NCBI GenBank assembly: GCA_963782915.1
Contig: CAWALK010000018.1
Coordinates: 203,470 to 267,469 of the forward strand
DNA: 64,000 bases
Source: an uncultured archaeon
Lineage (GTDB): Archaea > Thermoproteota > Bathyarchaeia > Bathyarchaeales > Bathycorpusculaceae
Direction: 5' to 3'
Positions within the stretch are counted from its first letter, which is position 1. Every line of letters starts with the position of its first letter. The position numbers were made by a program, and so were the translations under genes. This document shows positions 9,641 to 20,441 of the stretch, in pieces. The notes below the pieces were generated by a model, which did not search any database, had not been told where the DNA came from, and saw only the letters and a list, made by a program, of their open reading frames with translations.

Positions 9641-10724
9641 GCGACGACTTCGTGTAGCCGCTTCTGTTTCACTGCTTCTTTAAGTTCCAATGCGATGCGT
9701 CTGCCCATGTACATGTTCTCGCCATATCTTAAGGTAAGCGTATGGTGATGTGCCGATGCCGACGTTTGTGCCTGCGACGATGCGAGCTGAGATTTCGAAG
9801 GTGTAGATTTTGAGGTCGTCGGTGATGACTGTTTCGAGGCAGAAGGGTCCGATGATTCCTGGCGGCGCTAATTCGCGGGCTTTTTTGTGGACGTTTTCGC
9901 CCATGCGCATGATTTCGGGCAGGAGTGATTCGCGTAGGACTATGGGGAAGTTGCCTACGACTGTGTATGTTGGGATGACGTCGATTTCGAGTTGTTCTTG
10001 GGCGGGGATTTTGCCGATGCTGTCTACGGCGGATTCGTATCGGCGGTCCATGGCGAGCAGTTCTACGTCGTTGTTTAGGATGCTGCTGAAGTAGCTTGGG
10101 TAAACGTTAACGCCTAATGCGTATTCTTGCAGGTGGATTTTGTCGATGTCTTCTTTGGTTAGCATGCCGCGTTTTATCATTTCTTCGGCTTTTTTGTAGA
10201 AGCCTTTTGGCGAGTTTGCGAGGAAGTAGCCTCTGCCGCCTTTGGCGCCTTGGAGTTTTGCGATGACTAAGCGGTCGATGTCATCGGGGGTTTTGAATGT
10301 GGCTGGGAGGCGCAGTCCTGCTTGGCGTAGCCATTCTTCTTGGGATTTGCGGTTGGCTTCCCAGTTGAGTAGTTGGCGGTTACCCATCATGGGCACGTTG
10401 AGGCTGTCGGTTAGTTGTTCGGTGCTTAGGTAAGCTGTGAAGGAGCCGTGCGGAATCAAAACCACGTTAAGTTTGCGCAAGCCGCTCCTGCATGCTCTCA
10501 CTGAGCAATTCAGTGAAATCTTTAACGATAATTAATTCGTCAACCAGCGGATACTTCTGGTACATGATTGCGTCTTTTTCTTTACAGATGCAGACGGTAC
10601 GGAAACCCTCTTCTTTGGCGCCCTTGAAAATGTTAAGTGAGCTATGGGAGCCCAAAGTGCCGATTGCCAGCTTTGAGTGGTCATATTTCTCGATTATTTT
10701 TCCGACGGCTGCACTGTCAATCAT
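9637..10724 (-). CDS. purP: FAICAR synthetase PurP (frameshifts near 10480 and 9730)
   Basis: TLGSHSSL, IPHGSF, GAKGGRGYF, IGPFCLE and FEISARIVAGTN motifs across ORF pieces. Confidence 0.9.
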
Positions 10725-10725
10725 A

Positions 10726-11827
10726 CTAAGTTACCACGTCAAGCAGTTTCCGTTTCCGTATTGCCCGTTTAATTTCCATAGCGACACGCTTGCCTGGGCC
10801 AACTTCCACGCCGTACTTGTATTTCATGTAGGGCGAGGTTGGTTCGACACAGGGGCAGCCTGGAACACGTGGGCTAACATCGAAAACACGGAACTCTAAG
10901 TCTTTGGTTACTGCGCCTTGCAGGGCGAATAAGCCGATCATGCCTGGCGCGAACTCTTTTTTGCAGATGTGTACCCAGCGTTCTGCGGCTTCAAAGATTT
11001 TTTCCAGCTGGCTTTCCCGCATGGTTACGCCCATGTGGCCGATTTCGATGTTCTGGGTTGCAACGTTAAGTTCAAGTTGTTCCCGTGCTGGCAAGTCGAG
11101 GACGCCGTCGAGGTCTGTTTGGATGCGGCGATCAAAGCCCAAGAGGTCGATGTCGTCGTTTAGGGGTGAGTAGAAGTAGTTTGCGTTGAATTTCGCGCCT
11201 AAAACGTATTCTTCGATGACTGAGGTTTCGAGTGCTTCGCGGGTGATGATGCCTGCTTTGATGCGTTTTTCTGCTTCCCGCTCATACTCTTCAGGAGCTG
11301 GAGGCGTAGAAGAAGGCGCGCTCGATTGTTCTGCCTTTTTCGGGTACTTTGACGATTACTGGGCAGTTGATTTCTTTGGGTGATTTGAAGGCTTTGGGAA
11401 TTGCTATGCCTGCTTCTTTGAGGAGCCAGAGTTGGTTTTTGGGTGTGTTGCGTTCTTCGGTTCTTAGGAGGTTGCGGCTGCCCATTAGGGGTACAGTGAA
11501 GTTTTGTTCGATGGCATCGTAGCCTGCGTAGACGCTGAAAGATCGGTTGGGCACAAAAACCGTGTTTAGGTCGGTTAGTTGCTTGACGGTTTCGGGTTTT
11601 GTGATGTCTGAGAATTGGTCGAGGAAGATGAATTCGTCGAATATGTTGCGGTAGTATCTTGCGTAGGTTTTTTCTCTGCCGTTTTGGCATACCACGACGG
11701 TTTTGAAGCCTTCCTGTTTAGCGCCTGACGCAATCTCCAACGCGGAATGTGACCCTAAAACGCCAATGTGGATTTTTTCGGGGTCATAACTCATTAGGAC
11801 TTGTTTGATTTTATCTTGCATATTCAT
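10726..11827 (-). CDS. PurP-like paralog (DUF1246/DUF1297; frameshift near 11290)
   Basis: VLGSHSALE, VPNRSF, IERAFF, MRESQLE and FDVSPRVPG motifs. Confidence 0.85.
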
Positions 11828-12885
11828 GCTTTTTCACCCATAAACTCTTTGTAATCATCAATAACTTGCGGCAGCTTCGGTGTGTCGAAGAGTTGTCTTG
11901 CCGCTCATTTCGTTGGCTACTGCCATGTACATTTGGCTGATGACTGTTTTAAGTTTAGGATCCAATTTCGGTGGCTTGGATTTGCACAGGGCCTTCCAGT
12001 CTTGGATGCCTTTGGCTTCAGCTTCTTTCTTAGCTTGTTCCAAGTCAGTGTACCAACTGGTTTTTTTGTAGTATTGGCGGGCAACTTCTTTGCTCACGTG
12101 CACTCCGCCGAATGTGAAGCGGCATTCATCCAAGTGTGCCTAAGACGTCGACGAGCATGAGTTTTCTTTTGTCGTCGAAGGCTAATTCGATTTTGCCGTC
12201 TTCATTTTTTAAGCCTGCGTTTGAGGCGGCTTTGGTGATTGTTTGGTCTGCTTTTAGCAGGACCGCTTTGACATCGACTAATTCGGCGTCGGTTAAACCT
12301 GCGATTTTTTGAGCTTCAGTCCATGTGACGTAGCGGTCGGTTTCTTCAAGCTTTGTGCTGACGTCAAAGATGGGTTTGGATAGGGTTTCGCCTGGTTGTG
12401 GCTGGTGATCTAAACCGAGGTCTGCTAAGGTAACTTTGCCTTGTGCTAAGCGTTTGAATACGGAGGAGCCTTCGGGTAGGCCGTTGCGGTAGATGATTTC
12501 GAGTGGGATGAGGCAGTTTTTGAGTGAGGGTGTATATTGGCTGTAGTCGTGGATTATTTTGTTGTTGACTACGCTTGTGTTTGGCTTGTAAACGTTGACT
12601 AATGAGACTTCCATGATGCTGGAGGGTTCCTTGAGTTCAGCAACTCGGAGGGCTTTGCCTTTATGCATCGACTAAGCCGCGGTAGTGGGTTTTAACGCCC
12701 AGCTTCTCAAGTTGCTCAAAGCAGTATGCACCCATCAAACACAGGGCGGCGCCTTTGCCTTCAATGTGATCGGGCATTTCTCCCCAATCAAAAACGCTGT
12801 AACGATCAGAAAACAGGAATCGCCCTGTTCCCATAGCATTCTGGGTTGGTTTCTGGATTACTTGTAAATCTTTTACGCTGCCCAT
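11824..12885 (-). CDS. purC: SAICAR synthetase PurC (several frameshifts)
   Basis: [40 protein letters not shown] and DECRF motifs. Confidence 0.9.
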
Positions 12886-13055
12886 CGTGATTGCCTCAGT
12901 TGCCTGTGAATATTTGTTTTTGTACTTATATCGCTTTATCCTGCTAAAAAAGCGAATTCCCTCACAACAAAAGAGTTGCTAGTAGCAAAAGTTATTTATC
13001 CATAACAAAGCGGATGGGCTACTATAATCATGAGCCAATTTGGGGCGGGGAAAAC

Positions 13056-14225
13056 ATGGTGGCGCAAGAACAACTGCAAACTGCACAAACAAGATTCGTT
13101 AACTCACCAGTGACTTCGTTGGAACTAGCGCCTAAGCGATGGTTCTGCACTGGCTTAGAAGTTTCGGGGCGCACTATTAGACAAGAATCTGAATCGCCCA
13201 CCAATTTTATGGAAATACTAAATCGTTCAGTGATCACTTGGATTGACTATATCACTGATGATCCCGTAAAGGATCTGCCGGTTGTAGCTGCACAGATGGG
13301 TTTTAGCGAATCATTTATCTCGAATTTATCTTGTTGTGATCAGCTAAATTATTCAGATTTTGATAATGAAATGTGGTTGACTTTTCCCACCATTCAAATC
13401 AGGGGAACCGATGTAAAAGCGTACTCAATGATCGTTTTGATTAGAAAAAACCTCATTGTTACATTTCATATTCGTTTGGTTGATAAAAGATTTCTGAGGC
13501 TTAGAAGATACTCGGAGACAATTCTACGAAAAATCCCCACCGACATTAAACCGGAAGATAGACTCACGATTCTACTTTCCCGCATTTTGGAAGCTAACAA
13601 TGACAGCAACTTTAGGCACTTACGGATAATCGAAGAATTTGGAGACGAACTGAACAAGGACTTGATGGATAAAGACTGCGATAAATCCGTTTTGGGTCCA
13701 AAAATCTATGAAATGAAGCATGCACTCATCATCTACCTTAATGCACTTTGGGAAAGTGTAGATGTACTACAAGCAATCCGCAATGGCGATGCCGAACTTC
13801 TTACAGATGACCCTAAACTTGTGAACATGGTCGGCGCTATGGTGGAACAGGTCAAGAATCAAATTGGATTGTCCGAGCACATGTCCGAGGTGTTAGCGTC
13901 AGGAATAGAAGCCACCCAAGCAATCTATAACAACCAATTGACCATAGCAAACAATCAGTTGACTATTTCAAACAATCGACTAACAGTGCTAAACAACAGG
14001 TTTGCGAAACTAGTTGCTTACCTAACATTGATTGGGACAGTGCTATTAATACCCAACACTATGGCCACCATGCTTGGTAACTCTGTTTGGGTTTTTGGGC
14101 CAGAATCTATGGGTGTATACTTAACGCTTTTTATTGGAGCTACGGTGGTTGGCACAATAGTGATGTGGTATTGGATGAAGAAATCTGGTTTGCTAGATGA
14201 AACCCCAACACAAGAGAGCAAATAG
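13056..14225 (+). CDS. CorA-family divalent cation transporter, atypical
   Basis: CorA-like soluble domain plus two C-terminal TM helices; GMN position reads GNS. Confidence 0.8.
   Translation: MVAQEQLQTAQTRFVNSPVTSLELAPKRWFCTGLEVSGRTIRQESESPTNFMEILNRSVITWIDYITDDPVKDLPVVAAQMGFSESFISNLSCCDQLNYSDFDNEMWLTFPTIQIRGTDVKAYSMIVLIRKNLIVTFHIRLVDKRFLRLRRYSETILRKIPTDIKPEDRLTILLSRILEANNDSNFRHLRIIEEFGDELNKDLMDKDCDKSVLGPKIYEMKHALIIYLNALWESVDVLQAIRNGDAELLTDDPKLVNMVGAMVEQVKNQIGLSEHMSEVLASGIEATQAIYNNQLTIANNQLTISNNRLTVLNNRFAKLVAYLTLIGTVLLIPNTMATMLGNSVWVFGPESMGVYLTLFIGATVVGTIVMWYWMKKSGLLDETPTQESK
13929..14012 (+). repeat. four imperfect 21-bp tandem units in CorA (NNxLTxx heptads)
   Basis: aacaaccaattgaccatagca / aacaatcagttgactatttca / aacaatcgactaacagtgcta / aacaacaggtttgcgaaacta. 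Confidence 0.75.
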
Positions 14226-14279
14226 GGCGAGGGTTCTGGAAATTACAAATTAATTATACGCCAAGGGAATACTAGGAAG

Positions 14280-14900
14280 GTGTGCCTTAGCGTTTTTTTT
14301 GTCTATCCTTGTTAGCGGTTGCTTTAGTTTTCGCTTCTCCAACTACCAAAGCAACAGAAGCAAGTGGCATAATCAAGTTTAATACTGCTTGGAGCTGGTG
14401 ACGTTTTAACCGAATTGTATATGACATCGGGTTAGTGGCCTACCTTAGTGAGTATATAAAGAAAGCCCTCTCCGTTTTCCTCATACCAAGCATGGGTTTA
14501 CCAGATACTTTTCAGTCTTAGTGCAATTTCTATTTCAGCACAGACCAAAAACGCCAGTCAACTAAGTAAGCAGCCAAGACACCATATACACCAAGACAGA
14601 CAGTCCCCACACGTTTACTGGCGCAGTCGGCGTCGCTGAGAGTGTTATTTTAAGGATTGAAACAAGAGACCGTAGACCTTGGCACTTATTATTTGGAAGT
14701 AAGGGCAACCTAAATGCGGAGGGCAAAGCCAATGCGACACTTACACCCTTAGCCATAGACTCTATAACTGCCAATCAGGCGGCCAAACAATCAGGATATC
14801 GCTCAATGGAACCGGTGTATTTACTACGGTGGGAGGCATTGGGGTTTTGTTGGTTGGCATTCTTGTGAGGATGAATAGAAAAAACCAAAGACCCTGAGAT
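14280..14900 (+). pseudogene. decayed secreted/surface (beta-helix-type) protein remnant
   Basis: Fragments ATEASGIIKFNTAWS and TIYTKTDSPHTFTGAVGVAESVILRIE; no intact ORF. Confidence 0.4.
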
Positions 14901-14965
14901 ATCATCTTTTAAAGTGACTCTTAAAAGGGAAATCACATATTCTATAACAGGTAGGACTGTTTTTT

Positions 14966-15457
14966 ATGGCTGATACAAAAACCATGCCACAGGAAGTACT
15001 AGAAGATTACATAGCGGAATTTCTCTTACAAAACAATATGTGTGTGTTGGCGACTTGTAGTGAAGATATTCCTCGTGCGACACCGATTGAATACCGCAGC
15101 AAAGGGACCGCTCTATATTTTGTTGGCGAACAAGGCATAAAACTCAAGAATATAGCAAACAATCCCAACGTCAGCATAGGCATCTATTTTCCCTACACGG
15201 GAATGGCCAGCGCCAAAGGAGCACAAATCACAGGAAAAGCCACAATAATACAAAGAGACACTGGAGAATTCAAAGATGGCTTGGAGGCTTACCAGTGGGA
15301 AAAAACCGCCAAAGAATTTGATTTGCAAGAGTTTCCCAAATCTTTGGAGCTAATTCGTGTTGACCCATCAAAAGTGGAATTAACGGATATGTCTCTAAAG
15401 AAAAAAGGTTACAGTCCACGCCAAATATGGAGTTTAGACAGGTCAAAAGATGATTAA
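14966..15457 (+). CDS. pyridoxamine 5'-phosphate oxidase-family (split barrel) protein
   Basis: CVLAT..PRATP..KLKNIANNPNVS..GAQITGKA. Confidence 0.85.
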   Translation: MADTKTMPQEVLEDYIAEFLLQNNMCVLATCSEDIPRATPIEYRSKGTALYFVGEQGIKLKNIANNPNVSIGIYFPYTGMASAKGAQITGKATIIQRDTGEFKDGLEAYQWEKTAKEFDLQEFPKSLELIRVDPSKVELTDMSLKKKGYSPRQIWSLDRSKDD

Positions 15458-15500
15458 ATGGTTATAAGATAGGCTGAGATTTAGTTCTAAGCGAGGTTTT

Positions 15501-15707
15501 TTGATGAAAGTTAAGATACGTGAGAATGGCCCTATTATGCTTGAAACAAAAGGGGAAGCAAAACTCACACAGAATGGAGAGGAAAAAACAGTCTCAGCTC
15601 CGATGGTGGCGCTGTGTCGCTGTGGGCAGAGCAAGAACATGCCCTTCTGTGATGGTGCACATGCTAAAGCCAACTTTAAGGCGCCCGCAGCCGAATTAGA
15701 TCTCTAA
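15501..15707 (+). CDS. CDGSH iron-sulfur domain protein
   Basis: NGP and LCRCGQSKNMPFCDGAH. Confidence 0.92.
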   Translation: MMKVKIRENGPIMLETKGEAKLTQNGEEKTVSAPMVALCRCGQSKNMPFCDGAHAKANFKAPAAELDL

Positions 15708-15824
15708 TCCGACTAAGGTTGCACTTTTTATTTTCGGGCTAGAACAGCGAGATCATAAGGCGTCTGCGAAATATTCGGAAAACCGAAAACTGCTTATATA
15801 CTACTGCCTCAGATGAAAGGTTAG

Positions 15825-15841
15825 TGGAAACAATGTTTCCA
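15825..15841. promoter_or_regulatory. perfect palindrome (candidate operator) downstream of a TATA box
   Basis: TGGAAACA-A-TGTTTCCA about 25 nt after TTATATA (15794). Confidence 0.4.
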
Positions 15842-15895
15842 TGTCCGAAAGTAATCACATTCTTCGAATCAAAAGAACTTTAGAGGTAGAAAGAA

Positions 15896-16063
15896 ATGAC
15901 AAGTAAAAAATCAAAAAGCCCTGAATTAACTCACAAAACAGACTATACCAAATTTAAACCCAAAGAAGCAGCCAAAAAGAAATATCAAAACACCAAAAGA
16001 GTTGACACATTTTCCCCCGTTTCAAATGAAGAGGAAACCCAAAAACCAGCTAAGCACAGCTAA
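15896..16063 (+). CDS. 55-aa Lys-rich microprotein (not in the ORF track)
   Basis: GAGGT RBS; MTSKKSKSPELTHKTDYTKFKPKEAAKKKYQNTKRVDTFSPVSNEEETQKPAKHS*. Confidence 0.5.
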   Translation: MTSKKSKSPELTHKTDYTKFKPKEAAKKKYQNTKRVDTFSPVSNEEETQKPAKHS

Positions 16064-16373
16064 TAGTTGATGTATCCTTTTCTTTGAATTTACTGATAAG
16101 ATGTGGCTAACTGGGCGGTAATCCTCCCCCAAAACAAGATGCAGACGAGGGTTTACTTGAACCTGTTAACAGTCGTAGACTTTCAGAACAGTTTTTAGCC
16201 TAACTACTTGCAGTTCCGAAAACTTTTCATTTCCTAATTCGGACAATCAAGCTCATTGTTCAGAATTCCGATAGCCAACTTCAGTGCTAATTCCAGATTG
16301 TATTGTGCTATCATTTGATTGATTTGTCGTTCAATGCAAGTTTAGCAATTGCTAGTTCAACCGCTGATTTAAT

Positions 16374-16458
16374 CTATATATAAGGGAGGGGGTCGTTGGC
16401 AGAGCAACAGAAGTTGCCTATTTATTCTTTAAATAAGGGAGGGGTAGGTACCTCTGAG
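16374..16458 (+). repeat. dispersed G-rich intergenic repeat, copy B
   Basis: Homologous to 1897..1983; a further degenerate half near 16487..16513. Confidence 0.7.
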
Positions 16459-16533
16459 GTAGGTAGATCCTGTCTTTTTCCTTTTTCATAGGGGATAGGG
16501 AGTCACTTCAAAGCAACAAACCCCAAACAGCAA

Positions 16534-17013
16534 CTATTTGAGTTTCTTAATGGATTCGTTGGCTTTCTCTAAGTCTTTACGCTTAGAATCCTGATAAGCC
16601 TTAACATTAGCCAATAACTCTGCGTTTTCAAGCGCCAATATTTTTGCGGTTGCAATCGCTGCCCCTTCAGGCTCAATCGTCACAACACTGCCAATCCCGC
16701 TTGGGACACGCAATGAAGAGTAAATGTCTGCTCCGCCAAATTTATCGCTGTAAGGTGGACAAGCAATAACGGGCTTCGCCGTGTTTCCGTCCATAAACGC
16801 GCTTAACGCATTTGAGCGACCAGCAATAGTGACATAAACAACTTTTTGGTCTTCGAATTCTTTGAGGATTTCCAGCACAGCCAAAGGCGTCTTATGCGCA
16901 GAAGCCACCCGAAACTCATAGTCAACACCCAAAAGTTTGAGGTACTTTGCGATTTCCCGCGAAAAATCCAAATCCCGCTCGGAACCCATAACAATGATTG
17001 CCTTGCCAGCCAT
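16534..17013 (-). CDS. purE: N5-CAIR mutase/AIR carboxylase PurE
   Basis: IVMGSERD, VASAHKTP, AGRSNAL and PVIACPP motifs. Confidence 0.93.
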   Translation of the reverse strand: MAGKAIIVMGSERDLDFSREIAKYLKLLGVDYEFRVASAHKTPLAVLEILKEFEDQKVVYVTIAGRSNALSAFMDGNTAKPVIACPPYSDKFGGADIYSSLRVPSGIGSVVTIEPEGAAIATAKILALENAELLANVKAYQDSKRKDLEKANESIKKLK

Positions 17014-17143
17014 AACTATCACAGCTTAAGCTAACTGATAAGTGGCTAATTAATTTTTAATCCTAACTATTCTGTTGCTGCAGCGTTACAGTCACACTTG
17101 CTTATCAGCTTACACGCCACAAAAGTACTGGTAGGGAAACGTT

Positions 17144-17629
17144 ATGGCTCAGGAAAGTTTCAAGCAACCAAAAGAAGCACAATTACTAAAACAACTCATC
17201 GGCGAATGGCTAGTCGGCATCGCCATGAAAACCCCCGACGAAAAAGTGGTGGCTGGCTGCGGCGAAATGACAGCAGTCGAAACCGAATCGGGCATAAACT
17301 CGGAAATCAACACAGAAATCGAAGACTATGAAGACTACTATGAAAACGACCTCTGGAGCTTTGACCCAACCAAAAACGAAGTGCACCTATTCAGAACGAC
17401 ATCAGAAGGCCAAATCCATGACCATGTTGGAAAATGGAAAGACGAAACCACACTCGAATTGAAATGGCAGGGAACCTTTGAGGATCAAGAACAAGAAAAA
17501 CACATCATCGCCAAATGGGTAACCAAAGACCAGATTGAACTAAGAGAAACCAACTATTCACACGGCAAACAAATACTCGAAACCGACTACGTGTTCAAAA
17601 GAAAAGAAGAAGCTAACCAAGCAGATTAA
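17144..17629 (+). CDS. DUF1579-like beta-barrel protein
   Basis: LKQLIGEW start and lipocalin-like strand pattern. Confidence 0.6.
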   Translation: MAQESFKQPKEAQLLKQLIGEWLVGIAMKTPDEKVVAGCGEMTAVETESGINSEINTEIEDYEDYYENDLWSFDPTKNEVHLFRTTSEGQIHDHVGKWKDETTLELKWQGTFEDQEQEKHIIAKWVTKDQIELRETNYSHGKQILETDYVFKRKEEANQAD

Positions 17630-18098
17630 GCAAAATATTAGTCAAATTCTTTGCAGCCACCTGCAATTCAGGGCTCAACTCCTCCCCGAACCCCATAATT
17701 TTAGGCTCAACCAGAAGCAACCTGATTTTTGCGCCAGTAGACTTCTCCACATATTCACAGAACAACCGCAGCGGCAGCATGTGCGAAGAGATTGCGGAAA
17801 ACGCTGCAACCTCATTCAACTTTACAAGGCTAGCTTCCCCAGGTTTACATCCCAAAACTGCAGCATCAATCAGAAGCACATGAGAAGGCTTGAACTCCTC
17901 AATATCAAGCAGGTAACCTTCAGGAACCATCTCACACTCCAAAAGACAAACACTATCAGGAACTTTACCATGCATGCCCTCAAGGATTTTTAAACCGACA
18001 TTGTCATCTTGGCGAATTGGGTTCCCAACGCCAACTACTACAACCCGTTTTTTGCCTTGGAACCAATCGTTTAGGTCCTTCTCAATGCTGCTATTCAT
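17613..18098 (-). CDS. hycI: hydrogenase maturation protease (HycI type)
   Basis: VGVGNPIRQDDNVG, LLIDAA and SSHMLPL motifs. Confidence 0.9.
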   Translation of the reverse strand: MNSSIEKDLNDWFQGKKRVVVVGVGNPIRQDDNVGLKILEGMHGKVPDSVCLLECEMVPEGYLLDIEEFKPSHVLLIDAAVLGCKPGEASLVKLNEVAAFSAISSHMLPLRLFCEYVEKSTGAKIRLLLVEPKIMGFGEELSPELQVAAKNLTNILLNLLG

Positions 18099-18231
18099 TT
18101 TATAACCAATGAAAAGGTCGTTTGAAGCTAGAAAAAGCTTACCATACAAAAAGGTTCTACTCTTTTACCGCAATAACTAAAAGCACAATACCGTGTAATT
18201 GTGATTGACCAATAAAGATAGGTGATTTATC

Positions 18232-18453
18232 CTGACGAAAGTGGTAACAGTTCGAGTCCCAGAATTCTTATCAGAAAAAGATGTAAGAATAGCTGCAGCA
18301 GTGGAAGCCTTCAGGAAGGGTTCAATAAGTGTTGGGAAAGCAGCTGAAATCGCTGAAGTTCCAATCCAAGAGTTTCTAGTCGAGCTAAAGACAAGAGGCG
18401 TAAAAGCGTATTCTTACTCAGACAAGGAAGCTCTCAAGGAGCTCATGTTTTGA
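18232..18453 (+). CDS. UPF0175 antitoxin
   Basis: ISVGKAAEIAEV..FLVELKTRGV; AGGTGAT RBS points to CTG 18232 (GTG 18241 alternative). Confidence 0.85.
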   Translation: MTKVVTVRVPEFLSEKDVRIAAAVEAFRKGSISVGKAAEIAEVPIQEFLVELKTRGVKAYSYSDKEALKELMF

Positions 18454-18946
18454 GCAAAGCCGTTCTTAACTCATCTGTTATAATAGCATTAAGCAACACT
18501 GGTTACCTCAAAAACATCAAAAAGCATTATTTGCAGAAACCCTGATAGCTAAAGCTGTCTACCAGGAAATCTGCCTTGCAGGAAAAGGACTTGCTGGCTC
18601 AAACGAACTCGAAGAAGCAGTCAACAAACACAGCATAGAAGTAAAGGAACCAAAAAACACCGTTCTCGTTACCGCTCTACTGGATCCATTAGCTATAGGG
18701 GAAGCAGAAACAATTACTTTAGCCATAGAAATGCATGCAGACGTGATAGTGCTCGATGATAAAGCTGCTCGACGGAAAGCCAAAGCATTAAAGTTAAACA
18801 TGATTGGAACCTTGAGAATCTTGCGAATGCTCTATGATGCTAAAATTATTGACAAAACAGAACTTATAAAATCGTTAACCGTATTGCGAGAAACCGGTTT
18901 TAGAATAAGCGATGAAGTCATAAACAGAGTAACAAAAGAACTCTAA
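18450..18946 (+). CDS. DUF3368 PIN-domain toxin (frameshift near 18525)
   Basis: AVLNSSVIIAL, GEAETITLA, LDDKAARRKA and GFRISD motifs. Confidence 0.85.
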
Positions 18947-18979
18947 AACAAAAAAGAAAAAACCCAAAAAAGGGTTTAG

Positions 18980-20441
18980 TTAGCGACTAAGCTTTTGGAT
19001 TACTTGCTTGTCTGCGTTGACGACTTCAACAGTTAACGGCATCTGCCCAACCGCGCTGTGGGTTGCACAGCCAAAGCATGGGTCATATGCGCGGAAAGCC
19101 ATCTCAACCATGTTGAGGATGCCTTGGTCGACTTTGCCGTTGTGTATTAAGCCTTTTGCTGCGTCGCGGATGCTCATGCAGATTGCGGGGTAATTGTTGG
19201 TGGTTGCAACGACTAAGTTTACGTCTGTAACTAGGGCCTCTTTGTCGAGTGTGTAGTGGTGGATTAGTGTGCCGCGTGCTGCTTCAACGATGCCGACTCC
19301 TTCGGTGGGTTCGCCGGGTTTGTTGCGTATGTTGGTGCTTGTGATTTCTGGGTCTTTGACAAGTTCCATTGCACGTTCAGTGGCGTATAGTAACTCGATG
19401 AGTCTTGCCCAATGGAACGCGAGTGTGCTGTGGACTGGTTTGCCGCCGAAGGTCTTGTACATTTGCTCGTATTCTGCCTGTGCCAAGGGTGTTGCCATAC
19501 CATTTGAAGCATTAAGCCTGCCTAATGGGCCAACACGGTAAACGCCGCTGTCCATGCCTGCAGTTTGTCCTTTCCAGCCGACTGCTTTGAGGTATGGGAA
19601 TTTGCTGTATGTCCATTCTTCAACGTGTTCGCCGATGTGCTTGAGGTAATCTTGGCTGTTGAATTTGAGGAATTCTTGGCCTTTCGGGTCAACTACGCGG
19701 ATTTTGCCGTCGTAGAAGTTGACTTTGTTGTTCTCGTCAACCATGCCCATGTAGTAGGTTGGCATTGTGTAGGCTTGGCTTTTGATTAAGCCGACATATT
19801 TGGCGTTGCCCAAGACGATGTCATGGAAGAGTTTGAGTGTGAACTGGGCGAAGTCTTTGCATGAAGCAGCCATCCGCTCGATTTCTTGGCGGTTAGCTTC
19901 GCTTAGAGCCTTGGACATTCCGCCGGGTAAGCCGCAGACTGGATGAGTGGATTTGCCGCCGATTATCTCAGTGATTTTCTGTCCATATGCACGGTGTTTT
20001 ATGACGTCTTTGGCTACGTCCATGCCTGCTTTTTCGATGACGCCTAGGATGTTGCGTTTTTCTGGCGGTGCATCGATGCCAACGATGAAGTCTGGGCCGC
20101 CGAGGTAGTAGAAGTGGAGTGTGTGGTCGTAGATGAAGTAGGCCATGTACATGAGTTCTCTGAGTTTCTTTGCTGGGTGCGGTTGGTTCAACGTTGAATG
20201 CTTGGTCGAGTGCTTTTGTTGCTGCAAAGTGGTGTGCGACTGGGCAGACACCGCAGATGCGGCTGGTGAGTTGGGGCATGAGTTCTGCTTTTCTTCCGAT
20301 ACAGAATTTCTCGAATCCACGGAGCTCGGGGATTTTGAGGTAGGCGTTTTCTACTTCGCCTTTATCGTTGAGGAAGATGGATACGTTTCCGTGTCCTTCA
20401 AGCCTTGTTATTGGGTCAATAATAATTTCTTTCGCGGTCAT
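18980..20441 (-). CDS. mvhA: group 3c [NiFe]-hydrogenase large subunit (frameshift near 20180)
   Basis: TRLEGHG, RGFE, L1 RICGVC and L2 RAYDPCFGCATH. Confidence 0.92.

Noticed and set aside
9637-12885. Programmed frameshifting or true pseudogenisation of pur genes
   Set aside because: Shifts are scattered over many unrelated genes, with no shared slippery site or stimulator and conserved flanking protein sequence; indel error is simpler
15801-15890. Hammerhead-like CAGATGA...GAAA element
   Set aside because: Core should be CUGANGA, stems I and III cannot be built, and part lies upstream of the likely transcription start
18980-19110. [NiFeSe] hydrogenase / selenocysteine
   Set aside because: L2 motif is DPCFGC with Cys codons; no in-frame TGA
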